Part shown: piece by piece, positions 38,941-48,959 of the stretch
How the letters are laid out: every line of letters begins with the position of its first letter
Position numbering within the stretch: the first letter of the stretch is position 1
From: an uncultured cyanobacterium
Lineage (GTDB): Bacteria; Cyanobacteriota; Cyanobacteriia; CAKZMO01
Reading direction: 5' to 3'
Length of the DNA: 64,000 nucleotides
Assembly: GCA_963719515.1 (NCBI GenBank)
Contig: CAVRCJ010000003.1
Location: 224,001 to 288,000, forward strand
Notes under the pieces: generated by a model
Database searches by the model: none
Told to the model about the DNA's origin: nothing
The model's input: only the letters and a program-made list of their open reading frames with translations
Translations under genes and position numbers: made by a program

Positions 38941-39711
38941 CTATTTTAGGCGGTTGCGGCTGCGGCTGCGCCCGGTATGCCTTTTGCTCAAATTCGGTGC
39001 GTCGCGCGGCGCTGACGGGACTACTGCGATTCGGTGCGTTGCGCCACTCCGATGCGGGTCCACAGCGCCAACCCCCCCCCCTCTTCCCCGAGCGGCAATA
39101 AAGTTTGGCTTGACCGCAAAATAGCGAAAGAAAGCCTGCTGTTTGAGGGGCAGTTGGGCAAACGCCGCTTCGCGAGAGACGCCATTACGAATCGCGAACT
39201 TGAGCGGTGACCACGGCCCCAAACCGACTGCCATGCGGGTGAAGTCAAAGGCTAAAATGCCGTTGGGCCAGAGCTTGGTTGGTCCGCTTACCGTCATTGC
39301 CGTCTCGACTAGGGCCACGCGGTTTTGCGCCCAGCCTATCTGGTCGACAGCGTCGGGGTCAGCAGCGTTAGGTGCCCCTATCCCTTCGGGCAGGGTGCCC
39401 AGCTCGGCCTCCGCCAGGTCTAGCCCGCCGTAGGTCAGCGAAACCGTTACCCAGCGGGGAACAAATCGCCCCTGCCCCAAAACTACCCCCGCCCGCTGCT
39501 GCGAGGCCCGAGTGCCGGTGATGAAGGTCAGCCGCCAGCTTCCCTGCAGCTCAGCGTAGGTCCAGCGATCGCCCTTGGGGCTGCGGCGACAGGCTTTTTC
39601 AGCGGACAGCACTGCGGCAACGACCTCGTCTGCTGACGGACGCGGGCCGCCGGACGTCATCCACTGATGCACCTGATCAAATACAGAGGCCGGTTCTATT
39701 GCTTGGGTCAT
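38941..39711 (-). CDS. Conserved cyanobacterial hypothetical protein with an apparent +1 frameshift near the C-terminus
   Basis: L.GSWRLTF, AFDFTR and AFFRYF motifs. The C10 run at 39072-39081 shifts RGRGGG-LALW out of frame; the restored stop would be at 39021. Confidence 0.7.
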   Translation of the reverse strand: MTQAIEPASVFDQVHQWMTSGGPRPSADEVVAAVLSAEKACRRSPKGDRWTYAELQGSWRLTFITGTRASQQRAGVVLGQGRFVPRWVTVSLTYGGLDLAEAELGTLPEGIGAPNAADPDAVDQIGWAQNRVALVETAMTVSGPTKLWPNGILAFDFTRMAVGLGPWSPLKFAIRNGVSREAAFAQLPLKQQAFFRYFAVKPNFIAARGRGGGVGAVDPHRSGATHRIAVVPSAPRDAPNLSKRHTGRSRSRNRLK

Positions 39712-39826
39712 AGGGGGGAGGGCTAGGGATGGGGGCTTCCAAGACGCTAAACAAGTACTCTGCCTGCGCCAGATCTCTTACAGAGTGTAGAGTGTCTTGC
39801 CGAGGAGGATGCCCTAGTATGATGTC

Positions 39827-41335
39827 ATGCCCCTCACTTCTCCGATGGACGACTGGCTATTTCAGCTAGCCTTTGACAACGCCGCCATTGGTATAGCGAT
39901 GGTCATGCCCGATGGCCGGTGGCAAAAGGTGAACGCAGCCCTCTGCGACATTGTCGGCTACACCCCAGAAGAGCTCTATCAGCTCACCTTTCAAGATATC
40001 ACTCATCCCAATGACCTCGCCGCAGACCTAGACTATCTGCAGCAGACTCTCGCCGGGGAGCGCCAGAGCTACCAGATGGAGAAGCGCTATATTCACAAGC
40101 TCGGCCACACCATTTGGGTGCAGCTCAATGTCTCCCTGGCGCGAGATGAGAATGAAAAGCCGGTGTATTTCGTCTCGCAGCTTCAGGATATCAGCGATCG
40201 CAAACGTCTAGAAAAGGAAATTCGCGCCCGAGGGCGGCGGCTCAACGCCTTTTTCGAAGCGGCTTCAAGCGCCGGAGTCGGCTTCTGTATTTACGACGAG
40301 CAGCGGCGATACCTGCAGGTCAACCAGGCTTTGGCCAATATCAACGGAGCTTCTATCGAGGCCCACGAAAACCGAACGACCGCTGATGTTTTGTCCGACC
40401 TAGCTGTGATTATTGAGCCCTTGCTGGTGCAGGTACAAACCACCCGGCAGCCCATCTTGAACGTTGAAATCGTGGGGGAAACGCCACAAAACCCTGGCAA
40501 GGCCCTGACGTGGCTGGCGTCTTACTTCCCCATAAAAACCAGCCGTTCTCAGGCGCAAATCGGCGTGATTGTTGTAGACATCAGCGATCGCAAGCAGATG
40601 GAGCGCACGCTAAAAAACATTAACCAAGAGCTGGCCCGCTCAAACCGAGAGCTGGAAAACTTCGCCTACGTCGCCTCCCATGACCTGCAGGAGCCCCTGC
40701 GCAAGATTCAGGCCTTCGGCGATCGCCTGTATACAAAGTACGATGAGGCGCTAGATAAACGGGGGCAGGACTACCTGCGGCGCATGCGCAACGCCTCTGA
40801 GCGGATGCAGACCCTGATCAAAGACCTGCTGCGCTTCTCGCGCATCACCACCAAAACCCTGCCTCATAAGTCTGTCGACCTCAACCAAATTGTTGTTGGG
40901 GTACTCTCTGATTTAGAAGCCGCCATCGTCGAGCTCGACGGTAAAATCCAGGTCGGCCCGCTACCACCGGTCTATGCCGACTCGCTGCAGATGCGGCAGC
41001 TGTTTCAAAACTTGATTGGCAATGCCCTTAAGTTTCACCAGCCCGACCAGCCGCCAAGAATCGAAGTGTCTCAGGTGTCATCCGCCCAAGCCGACCAGGT
41101 CAGCATCGCGATCGCAGACAACGGCATTGGGTTTGACGAAAAATACATTGACCAAATTTTTGAGCCTTTTCAGCGGCTGCATGGCCGGCTAGAATATCCC
41201 GGCACCGGTATGGGTCTGGCAATCTGCCGCAAGATCATTGAGTATCATAGTGGTTCTATCCACACCAGCAGCGCTCCCAACCAGGGAACTACCATAACTG
41301 TGACGCTCCCGACTCATCCACAATCAACATCATGA
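39827..41335 (+). CDS. Soluble PAS-PAS histidine kinase
   Basis: Two PAS/PAC domains each ending DISDRK; ASHDLQEPL, NLIGNALKF, DNGIG and GTGMGL. Confidence 0.92.
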   Translation: MPLTSPMDDWLFQLAFDNAAIGIAMVMPDGRWQKVNAALCDIVGYTPEELYQLTFQDITHPNDLAADLDYLQQTLAGERQSYQMEKRYIHKLGHTIWVQLNVSLARDENEKPVYFVSQLQDISDRKRLEKEIRARGRRLNAFFEAASSAGVGFCIYDEQRRYLQVNQALANINGASIEAHENRTTADVLSDLAVIIEPLLVQVQTTRQPILNVEIVGETPQNPGKALTWLASYFPIKTSRSQAQIGVIVVDISDRKQMERTLKNINQELARSNRELENFAYVASHDLQEPLRKIQAFGDRLYTKYDEALDKRGQDYLRRMRNASERMQTLIKDLLRFSRITTKTLPHKSVDLNQIVVGVLSDLEAAIVELDGKIQVGPLPPVYADSLQMRQLFQNLIGNALKFHQPDQPPRIEVSQVSSAQADQVSIAIADNGIGFDEKYIDQIFEPFQRLHGRLEYPGTGMGLAICRKIIEYHSGSIHTSSAPNQGTTITVTLPTHPQSTS

Positions 41336-41793
41336 CCTCACGTTCGACACGCCCTGTTCCTATTTTGATGGCTGAAGATGATGAGGACGACCGCGTTCTA
41401 TTTCAAGACGCCTTAGAGGAAAGTCACCTCGCTAATCCTGTCTATTTTGCGAAGGATGGTGAGGAGCTGCTTGACTACCTGCATCGGCGAGGCGACTTTG
41501 CTGACCCTAAAACCTCGCCTCGCCCAGGTCTGATTTTGCTCGACCTCAACATGCCAAAGAAAGACGGACGGCAAGCCCTGTCCGAAATCAAGTCAGACCC
41601 AGGGCTGCAGTCGATTCCCATTGTTGTGCTGACAACCTCAAAAGAAGAGCGCGACGTGCTTCAGTCCTATGACTTAGGCGTCAACTCGTTTATCGTTAAG
41701 CCCGTCACGTTCATCAAGCTGATCGAAGTCGTTACCTTTATTGGCCATTACTGGCTCGAACTCGTAACGCTGCCAAATTCTCCAGACGGTTGA
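41332..41793 (+). CDS. Single-domain response regulator (Rcp1-like)
   Basis: MAEDD, PGLILLDLNMPKKDG, LTTS and SYDLGVNSFIVKP; ATGA overlap with the kinase. Confidence 0.92.
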   Translation: MTSRSTRPVPILMAEDDEDDRVLFQDALEESHLANPVYFAKDGEELLDYLHRRGDFADPKTSPRPGLILLDLNMPKKDGRQALSEIKSDPGLQSIPIVVLTTSKEERDVLQSYDLGVNSFIVKPVTFIKLIEVVTFIGHYWLELVTLPNSPDG

Positions 41794-41911
41794 GCTGATC
41801 GCAGCTGAGTACGGACTTTCGCTCTTTTTAAAAAAGATATTTAAATTTCGTACCCTCCTAATTTTTTGTGTGTATGCTGAATACACATTCGGAGAGTCTT
41901 CTCGCTCCGCC

Positions 41912-43279
41912 ATGAGCAAGCTAATTCCTAACAACAGCCGCCAGCCGGGCCAATCTGGCGCATTCTCCCCTAGCGAGATACCCGCTTCCACCCAAAGCGG
42001 CCCACTTTTAGAGTCAAATCGCCTTGATAACAGCAGCTTGAGGTCAGACTTTCCCAGCAGTTCGTCTATCTTCGCATCCTCTGCTCGTTTGTCCCGCAGC
42101 ATAGGGCCCCTCAGGCTGCTGTTGGTCGAAGACGATGAAGATGACTATATTTTGATTAAAGACCTGTTGTCGGATCTGGAGGAGCCTGGCTTTACCCTGG
42201 ACTGGGTGCCGACGTTCAAGGCCGCCCTTGAGATGCTAGAGCGCCAGGCCCACGACGCCTATTTAGTAGACTATCGCCTGGGGGCGCAGGATGGTCTGAA
42301 GCTGATGAGCGCGATTCAGGAAAGGCACCACGCGCCAGTCATCATTTTAAGCGGGCAGGGAAGCCGGGATCTAGATATTGAGGCGCTTAAGCTAGGCGCT
42401 AGTGATTACGTCGATAAATCCAATCTGCACGCGTCCCTCTTGGAGCACTATATTCGGGCTTCTGTTGAGCGCAACGAGGCGCTACAGGCGCTCAGGGAAA
42501 GCGAGCAGCGCTATCGGAAGCTATTTAAGCAAGAGAGGCTCCTGAGGCGGCAGCTCAGCGAGTCGAATGCCGACCTAGAGCAGTTTGCGTTTATTGCCTC
42601 TCACGACCTGCGGGAACCGCTGAGGGCGATCGCCGGTCATGCCTATCTGCTCATGGATGAATATGGCGATCGGTTTGATGAGACGGCTACAGAATACGTC
42701 GCCTTCATTACCGACGGCGTTCAGCGAATGCAGAGCCTGATTCGCGATCTGCTGGGGTTTTCTCGGCTACAGGCTACCCCAATCGATCTCGCTGTGATAG
42801 CAGACTGCGATCAGGCAGTGCAAAATGCCCTCACCAATCTCCAGTCCGCCATTATTGAGAGCAACGCCGTCATCACCTGTGAGGCGCTGCCAGCGGTAGG
42901 CGGCGATCTCTCTCAGATTACGCGGCTTTTTCAGAACCTGATTGACAACGCGATCAAATTTAGACAGCCTGACCTACAGCCCTGTATCAACGTCACCGTA
43001 AGGCCTATTACCGACGAGACTCCTACGTCGGGGGCGGATCCAGCCGCAATCTGTTGGCAGTTCAGCGTCGCCGACAACGGCATCGGCGTTGAGTCAGAGT
43101 ACGTTGACTACGTTTTTAAGGCGTTTAAGCGACTTCACACTCACCAAGAAATACCAGGGACCGGAATTGGCCTTGCAGCCTGCCAGCACATCGTTCATCG
43201 ACACGGCGGCGATATCTGGTTGGAGTCTGAGCTTGGCCAGGGAAGTACGGTGCATTTCACCTTAAGAAATTCTATATAG
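41912..43279 (+). CDS. Hybrid receiver-histidine kinase
   Basis: LLVEDDEDD, LVDYRL, ASHDLREPL, NLIDNAIKF and GTGIGL. Start is uncertain (41870 or 41912). Confidence 0.88.
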   Translation: MSKLIPNNSRQPGQSGAFSPSEIPASTQSGPLLESNRLDNSSLRSDFPSSSSIFASSARLSRSIGPLRLLLVEDDEDDYILIKDLLSDLEEPGFTLDWVPTFKAALEMLERQAHDAYLVDYRLGAQDGLKLMSAIQERHHAPVIILSGQGSRDLDIEALKLGASDYVDKSNLHASLLEHYIRASVERNEALQALRESEQRYRKLFKQERLLRRQLSESNADLEQFAFIASHDLREPLRAIAGHAYLLMDEYGDRFDETATEYVAFITDGVQRMQSLIRDLLGFSRLQATPIDLAVIADCDQAVQNALTNLQSAIIESNAVITCEALPAVGGDLSQITRLFQNLIDNAIKFRQPDLQPCINVTVRPITDETPTSGADPAAICWQFSVADNGIGVESEYVDYVFKAFKRLHTHQEIPGTGIGLAACQHIVHRHGGDIWLESELGQGSTVHFTLRNSI

Positions 43280-43559
43280 CTGCAGCTTGTAAACAATTTG
43301 TTTTAATACTTCCCAGAGGCTGGGAAACCCCCTGTGGAAAGCTGCTCTAGGAATTTAGATGGCGCTGGATGGCCTTAAGAAAAGTGCTTATACTCTTCTA
43401 TGTTAAGGCAGCATTTCTTTGTGTTAATCAATGTCTCTTTTTATCAAGAGAACCCCACCTTCATTCTTGTTAGGCTAAAGCTTCAGTTGATAAAGATTGG
43501 CCGAAGTACAGGCTATCAACGCAGATGCAACCGTCCGGCCCCTTACTCAGACCTGTAAT

Positions 43560-44006
43560 ATGACGTCCAGCTCATCTAGTCTTCTTCTTGTTGAGGATTC
43601 TGCCAGTGATGCTAGTCTCTTCAAACGCTACGCCCGCCGAAGCCGCCTCACGCATGAAATTAATTGGGTAGAGACAGGAGAACAAGCGCTAATGTACTTG
43701 CGGCAGGACGGTCCGTACCGTCAGGCCCCTCGCCCCAGCCTCATTGTTCTTGACCTTGACCTTCCCGGAATCGATGGTCAAGGCGTCCTTGCCATCATCA
43801 AGGCAGACCCGCTGCTGAGGCAGATTCCCGTGGTCGTATTCACCGGCTCTATGGATGAGGCCGACATCTGCAGAGCCTATGACCTCTACGCAAACTGCTA
43901 CCTCAAGAAGCCGCTAGAGGTTTACAACTATAGAGCAACGCTGGAGGCAATTGGAAATTTTTGGCTCAGTTTGGCCCTTTTGCCATCTGAAAGCTGCACA
44001 GCCTAG
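43560..44006 (+). CDS. Single-domain response regulator (Rcp1-like)
   Basis: LLVEDS, PSLIVLDLDLPGIDG and YDLYANCYLKKP. Confidence 0.88.
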   Translation: MTSSSSSLLLVEDSASDASLFKRYARRSRLTHEINWVETGEQALMYLRQDGPYRQAPRPSLIVLDLDLPGIDGQGVLAIIKADPLLRQIPVVVFTGSMDEADICRAYDLYANCYLKKPLEVYNYRATLEAIGNFWLSLALLPSESCTA

Positions 44007-44033
44007 ACGCGCTGCTCGGTAAGATTCTAGAAT

Positions 44034-45152
44034 ATGCATTCTGACCTTTCCCCCTCTCAATCCGGTGATGCTATTTCACTGCTTCTCGTAGAAGATAGCG
44101 CTAGCGATGTCAGCTTGGTTCGCCGAATGCTGGAGCGATCGCGTCCTGACTACCAGGTTGACGGTGCAGTGCGGCTCGAAGAGGCGATCGCCCTAGCGCA
44201 GCACTATCGCTTCGACGTCGTCCTTCTCGACTTGAACCTGCCGGATTCAGATGGACTGGCCACCGTCGAGCAGTTTGTCTCAGCGGTTCACCTGCCCACC
44301 ATTATTTTAACGGTCCAAGATGATGAAGCGCTGGCGCTGCAGGCAATCAATAAAGGCGCTCAAGACTACCTCATTAAGGACGAAATCTCTCCAGAAATGC
44401 TGGTCCGCTCAATTCGCTACAGCATCGAGCGGGGACGGCTCATATCCCAAATTCAGGCCGCCAATGCTGAGCTAGAAGCGTTTAGCTATTCAGCCGCCCA
44501 TGACCTGAAGTCGCCGCTGCGAGGAATTGTCGGATTTGCGGATATTCTTTTGGCCGATGACGAAGAGATTGTTATCAACGCTGTTGCAGAAGGCTACGTT
44601 CGCTCTATCCGCAGCAGCGCCTTGTGTATGAGTACGCTAATTAACGATCTATTGGTCTACAGCCGCGTGAGCACTGACCGCATGCCGCTGACTGCGGTAG
44701 ACCTCAGCGACAGCATCAGCGGCGCTCTAGCGCAGCTGCAGGCCGATATTGACCAATCCCAAGCGACCGTCATTGTCGATGCCCCTTTTCCCCAGGTGGT
44801 CGGTCACGCCGCCATGCTGCAGCAGGCGATCGCTAACCTAGTCGGCAACGCAATCAAGTTTATTGAGCCAGACACACTGCCCAAAGTTCGCCTATGGGCG
44901 GAAGAGCGCCTGTGGCATGGAAAGCCTCGCGTCAGGCTATGGGTAGTAGACAACGGTATCGGCATCGCCCCTCAGCACCGCGAGCAGATCTTTCAGGTTT
45001 TTGAGCGCCTCAATCGCCACGAGAAATATTCAGGCAGCGGCATTGGCTTGGCCATTACCCAAAAGGCCGTTCATCGAATGGAGGGCGTCCTCGGCGTCGA
45101 GTCGAGGGTGAATCAGGGCAGTCAGTTTTGGCTTGAGCTGCCCAAGGCGTAG
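44034..45152 (+). CDS. Hybrid receiver-histidine kinase
   Basis: LLVEDS, LLDLNLPD, AAHDLKSPL, NLVGNAIKF and GSGIGL. Confidence 0.9.
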   Translation: MHSDLSPSQSGDAISLLLVEDSASDVSLVRRMLERSRPDYQVDGAVRLEEAIALAQHYRFDVVLLDLNLPDSDGLATVEQFVSAVHLPTIILTVQDDEALALQAINKGAQDYLIKDEISPEMLVRSIRYSIERGRLISQIQAANAELEAFSYSAAHDLKSPLRGIVGFADILLADDEEIVINAVAEGYVRSIRSSALCMSTLINDLLVYSRVSTDRMPLTAVDLSDSISGALAQLQADIDQSQATVIVDAPFPQVVGHAAMLQQAIANLVGNAIKFIEPDTLPKVRLWAEERLWHGKPRVRLWVVDNGIGIAPQHREQIFQVFERLNRHEKYSGSGIGLAITQKAVHRMEGVLGVESRVNQGSQFWLELPKA

Positions 45153-45257
45153 CGGCAATGGCGAATCTATAGCTTTGGCCACGTCGCTTAGGCAAACCTA
45201 TTGAGTCAAGGCGCTGCGCTACAAAGGTGTGCAGCGCGCAATCTTCAAGTCGCTACC

Positions 45258-45321
45258 CTCTCAGCGCGTTGTCCTCTCAGCGCATCACCGTCTCAGCGCG
45301 TCACCGTCTTAGCGCGTCAAG
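45258..45321. repeat. Four degenerate 16-bp tandem units (consensus STCTCAGCGCGTCACC)
   Basis: CTCTCAGCGCGTTGTC / CTCTCAGCGCATCACC / GTCTCAGCGCGTCACC / GTCTTAGCGCGTCAAG. Confidence 0.8.
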
Positions 45322-45676
45322 ATATTGCAGCCGCAAGGCTGTTAGAACAAGCAGCGCCCTAGCCGCGATAATTTGCCAATCTGTTAAGCGGACTACGGCA
45401 GCCGGGCTTGGCTATGTGCCAATTAACTGTGACAAATCGCTGAAAGCTTCTTTCAGTCAAAGGTACAGCGATTTGTCGCGTTCCGGACGATTTTGCTCAT
45501 TTTTAGACAGTTGATAAACTCGCCGGTCTGCAACCTCATCCCATGGCGGTCCTGGAAATAATGGGGACAAGCCCAGAGGACAGCACTACTACCCACTCGT
45601 CATCCTGAATGTAGGTGCTTGATCTGGATTCCATAACCCCCACGAATCACAACACCCCATAACTTAGGACTAGACC

Positions 45677-46918
45677 ATGAAATCACTCCGCCAAATCGCA
45701 GCTCTCGCCGCAATTGCTACCACCGCCGCCGCTGGCGCGATCGCCGCCGTCGCCCCCTTCACGCCTAGCGTTGCCGCTCCCCTATTCGGTCAAAAAGAAG
45801 TTGACCAAAACAAGTTTGTGGCGATCGCCGCCCCCTTCGGACGCGACAACCACCAGCTTCTCGTCTTAGAGCAGGTTTCAAACCAGCGCTCCTGCTGGGA
45901 AGAGAGCGGCAGCACCCCCGCCGTTGTTGACCCACTGCTGACCACGTTTGATTTTACCGGCATCTGCGGTCGCAGCACCGACAGCAACGGCTACTCCATC
46001 CGCGTCGACGGTGAAGACCTAGGCCTTCAGTACAGCCTGCGGGTCATCGAGCGAGAAGGAGACCTGAAGCTGGTGGGTCGCCCCTTCCGTTTAGGGAGCG
46101 GCAGCGAGCTTGAAATTGGCAGCGCCAAGGGCACCGCAGACGGCTTCGTCAAGCTTAATCTCAATCCGGGCTGGCAGTTTGCCAAGCGCACCTATGAAGG
46201 ACAGACCCTAGGCCATGTGTACCTGAGCTACAACAGCGCTCTGCCGGGGATCAACCTTCCTGGGGAAGAGGCTACTCCCAGCTCCTTTACCTTCGCCGAC
46301 ACCGCTAGCGACATCTATGCTAGCGACATCGAAGCTGCCGTAGAGCTAGGGTTTGTCGCCGGCTTCTCTGAGGACAATACCTTCCGACCTCGCCAGAGCC
46401 TCACCCGCGAACAGCTAGTCTCCATCGTGGTCGAAGCGCTAGACACCCTGCCGGAGGCTGACGTTACGCTTTCCGCTCAGGTCGGCGCCAAGCCCTACCC
46501 TGATGTCGACGCCTCTCGCTGGAGCGCCGCCAAAATCAAGTTCGCCCGCGACAACAATATCATCAGCGGCTACCAAGACGGCACCTTCCGGCCTACCCAG
46601 ACCGTTACCCGCGCTGAGCTGATGGCCATCATGCGCCGGGCCGCTGAGTACAGCCAGGGCACGCAGTCAAACGTGGCGCTGTGGCCGACTCAAGACGCCT
46701 TTGAGTTCTCCGATGTTGAGGGTCACTGGGCCTCCCGCGTCGTGACCCAGATGTCCTCCTACTGCGGCGTAGCGTCTCCTCTCAACGAGTCGGGAACGGC
46801 CTTCTACCCCAACAGCGCTACTCAGCGTAACTATGCCGCTGCCGCAACGCTGCGCATGCTGGACTGTGTAGATGGCGACAGCGAAACTGAAACCGCAACG
46901 TCGATCAGCGCTCGCTAG
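45677..46918 (+). CDS. Exported DUF3747 + S-layer homology (SLH) domain protein
   Basis: Signal peptide; VDPLLTTFDFTGICGRSTDSNGYSIR; SLH motifs FRP..LTRE and GYQDGTFRP..VTRAE. Confidence 0.85.
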   Translation: MKSLRQIAALAAIATTAAAGAIAAVAPFTPSVAAPLFGQKEVDQNKFVAIAAPFGRDNHQLLVLEQVSNQRSCWEESGSTPAVVDPLLTTFDFTGICGRSTDSNGYSIRVDGEDLGLQYSLRVIEREGDLKLVGRPFRLGSGSELEIGSAKGTADGFVKLNLNPGWQFAKRTYEGQTLGHVYLSYNSALPGINLPGEEATPSSFTFADTASDIYASDIEAAVELGFVAGFSEDNTFRPRQSLTREQLVSIVVEALDTLPEADVTLSAQVGAKPYPDVDASRWSAAKIKFARDNNIISGYQDGTFRPTQTVTRAELMAIMRRAAEYSQGTQSNVALWPTQDAFEFSDVEGHWASRVVTQMSSYCGVASPLNESGTAFYPNSATQRNYAAAATLRMLDCVDGDSETETATSISAR

Positions 46919-46940
46919 TCTTCCGTTACGAAAACGCTTG

Positions 46941-46979
46941 ACGCCGCTAAGGAACCATTTCCTTAGCGGCGTTTCTCTT
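46941..46979 (+). terminator. Rho-independent terminator
   Basis: Perfect 14-bp stem ACGCCGCTAAGGAA-CCAT-TTCCTTAGCGGCGT followed by TTCTCTT, between convergent genes. Confidence 0.85.
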
Positions 46980-47003
46980 CATTTGACCCAGACCAAGCAT
47001 TAA

Positions 47004-47330
47004 TTACGCCGACTTAGCAAGAGAATCCTCAAAGGTTTCTACAGAATCGTGAATCGTAAAGAGCTTGTCGGTATTGGTGAGATCTAAAACCATTTGGGTT
47101 TGCTCTTGGACCCCACATAGGGCGAAGATACCGCCTGCCTGCTGCACCCGCTTCTGCATTGAGAGCAGCAAACCTAGGCCTCGGCTGTCCATAAACATGA
47201 CATTTTTTAGGTCGATGGCAATGGTGCGCACGCCTTGATGCAAATTTCTAGCAGTCCAGCTCTCTAATGCCTCGGCGTCGGCGGCGCTGAGCAGATGGGT
47301 AAGCGGTTGATAGACTTTCATTCGCGTCAT
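47004..47330 (-). CDS. STAS-domain anti-sigma factor antagonist
   Basis: IDLKNVMFMDSRGLG motif. Confidence 0.9.
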   Translation of the reverse strand: MTRMKVYQPLTHLLSAADAEALESWTARNLHQGVRTIAIDLKNVMFMDSRGLGLLLSMQKRVQQAGGIFALCGVQEQTQMVLDLTNTDKLFTIHDSVETFEDSLAKSA

Positions 47331-47579
47331 GGTGTTGGGGCTGTTGTCGCGTCTCAGTGATCTGACTTGAGTCTGGAATTAATTTGAGTGTAGCGAGCTA
47401 CATCAGTGTTCCCATAGTGGAATGATAAATTTTGCCGAGGGATACATCACGAGAGCGCAAAGATTTAGGAGGACATGCGATCGCCTCTGAATGGTAAGTT
47501 CGGTATTTTTGGGGGTGTCGTCTATATCTGACGCGGGAATAGGTAGATTAGCCTTCGCTAAATCCTCGCTAAATTCCCT

Positions 47580-48299
47580 ATGTTGATGACCCAGCCCCCG
47601 CGAGTTTCCGACCTGCCCAGTCAAGACCGCCCTCGGGAGCGCCTGCTCAGCCAGGGCGCTCAGGCCCTCTCTACCGCAGAGCTGTTGGCCATTCTCGTCG
47701 CGACAGGTCAGGGCACCGGTAAGCTTTCCGCCGTTGGACTGGGTCAGCATATTCTGCAGGTCCTCGGTCGCCACCAGCAGGATGCCCTGGCCGTCTTGCG
47801 TCACGTCGCCCCTCAAGAATTGATGGCAATTCCGGGGATTGGCGAGGCCAAAGCTTCGAGCATTTTAGCCGCCATTGAGCTGGGGCGACGGGTACTCCAT
47901 ACTCGTCCCCCTATGGGCACCGTCATTGACGACCCGGCGATCGCTGCCGCCATTCTCAGCAACGATTTGATGTGGCAGCCTCAAGAACGCTTTGCCGTGC
48001 TGCTGCTCGACGTCAAGCACCGGGTAATCGGCTCTCAGGTGATCAGCGTCGGCACCGCGACGGAAACCTTGGCTCATCCCCGCGATATCTTTCGGGCCGT
48101 CATCCGCCATGGGGCTACCCGAGTGGTAGTCGCCCATAACCATCCATCAGGAAGCGTGGAGCCCAGTGCTGAGGACTTAGCGCTGACCCGCCAGCTCTTG
48201 TCGGGCGCAGATATTTTGGGCATTCCTCTCCTAGATCACCTGATTTTGGGAAATGGAACCTTTGTCAGCCTACGCCAAAAGACTGATCTTTGGGGTTGA
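47580..48299 (+). CDS. radC: RadC family JAB-domain protein
   Basis: [35 protein letters not shown] and LLDH. Confidence 0.95.
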   Translation: MLMTQPPRVSDLPSQDRPRERLLSQGAQALSTAELLAILVATGQGTGKLSAVGLGQHILQVLGRHQQDALAVLRHVAPQELMAIPGIGEAKASSILAAIELGRRVLHTRPPMGTVIDDPAIAAAILSNDLMWQPQERFAVLLLDVKHRVIGSQVISVGTATETLAHPRDIFRAVIRHGATRVVVAHNHPSGSVEPSAEDLALTRQLLSGADILGIPLLDHLILGNGTFVSLRQKTDLWG

Positions 48300-48503
48300 T
48301 TGCGGCGCGCAGCTGTTGCCTGGAAGGCACCGGCTACCCATAGGCCAGGGGCATAGCCGCCCTTAGGTTATATTAGGAGCGCGATCGCCCAAACAATGCA
48401 CGAAACTGTGGCAAGCTAAGAGTTGCCGCAGACGGAATCGTGTCCTATACTAGAGCCTCCAGTTTTATTAGATGCTGTATAGATTAAATTTGAGGAGGCT
48501 ATC

Positions 48504-48866
48504 ATTCCTGAGCAAATCACTCTAACCGTTAGCTTGAGAGGTACTCGCGACGCAAAAGAGAAGTACCAGCTGTTTCGGTTAGCTGGGCTCCTAGATGCGT
48601 TTTCTGAGCCAACCTTTCGCAAGGTGCTGAGCAAGTACATTGAAGACGGGCCCTCTGACGTAGTGCTCGACCTAAGCGGCATCGATTTCATCGATAGCTC
48701 TGGTCTGGGGGCACTGGTTCAGCTCGTCAAGAAAGCGCAGACGGCAGGGGGGAGTCTACAAATTGTCACGAACCCCAGAGTTACGCAAACCGTTAAGCTT
48801 GTGCGCCTAGAGAAGTTTCTGTCGCTACAGCCGACTGTTGACGACGCCTTGAAAAGTCTCAAATAG
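48504..48866 (+). CDS. STAS-domain anti-sigma factor antagonist, probable ATT start
   Basis: GLLDAFSEPTF and LDLSGIDFIDSSGLGALV; SD GAGGAGG (48492-48498) lies 5 nt before an in-frame ATT. Confidence 0.85.
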   Translation: MPEQITLTVSLRGTRDAKEKYQLFRLAGLLDAFSEPTFRKVLSKYIEDGPSDVVLDLSGIDFIDSSGLGALVQLVKKAQTAGGSLQIVTNPRVTQTVKLVRLEKFLSLQPTVDDALKSLK

Positions 48867-48959
48867 CTGCGTTCATCCTATTTACAGAGGTTTCACAGGC
48901 GCGATCACCTTCGTGCATCTTTGCTGTGACCTTGGCTGCCGCGTTCTCGCTATCGGGCT

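Noticed and set aside
45258..45321. Possible CRISPR mini-array
   Set aside because: The units are 16 bp, contiguous and have no spacers.
45560..45582. GGGGACAAGCCCAGAGG resembling the 3' stem of a ykkC riboswitch
   Set aside because: The 5' conserved elements are missing and the downstream SLH gene does not fit.
47580..48299. radC as a marker of a mobile or defence island
   Set aside because: It is a full-length chromosomal-type RadC among housekeeping genes, with no integrase or island signature.
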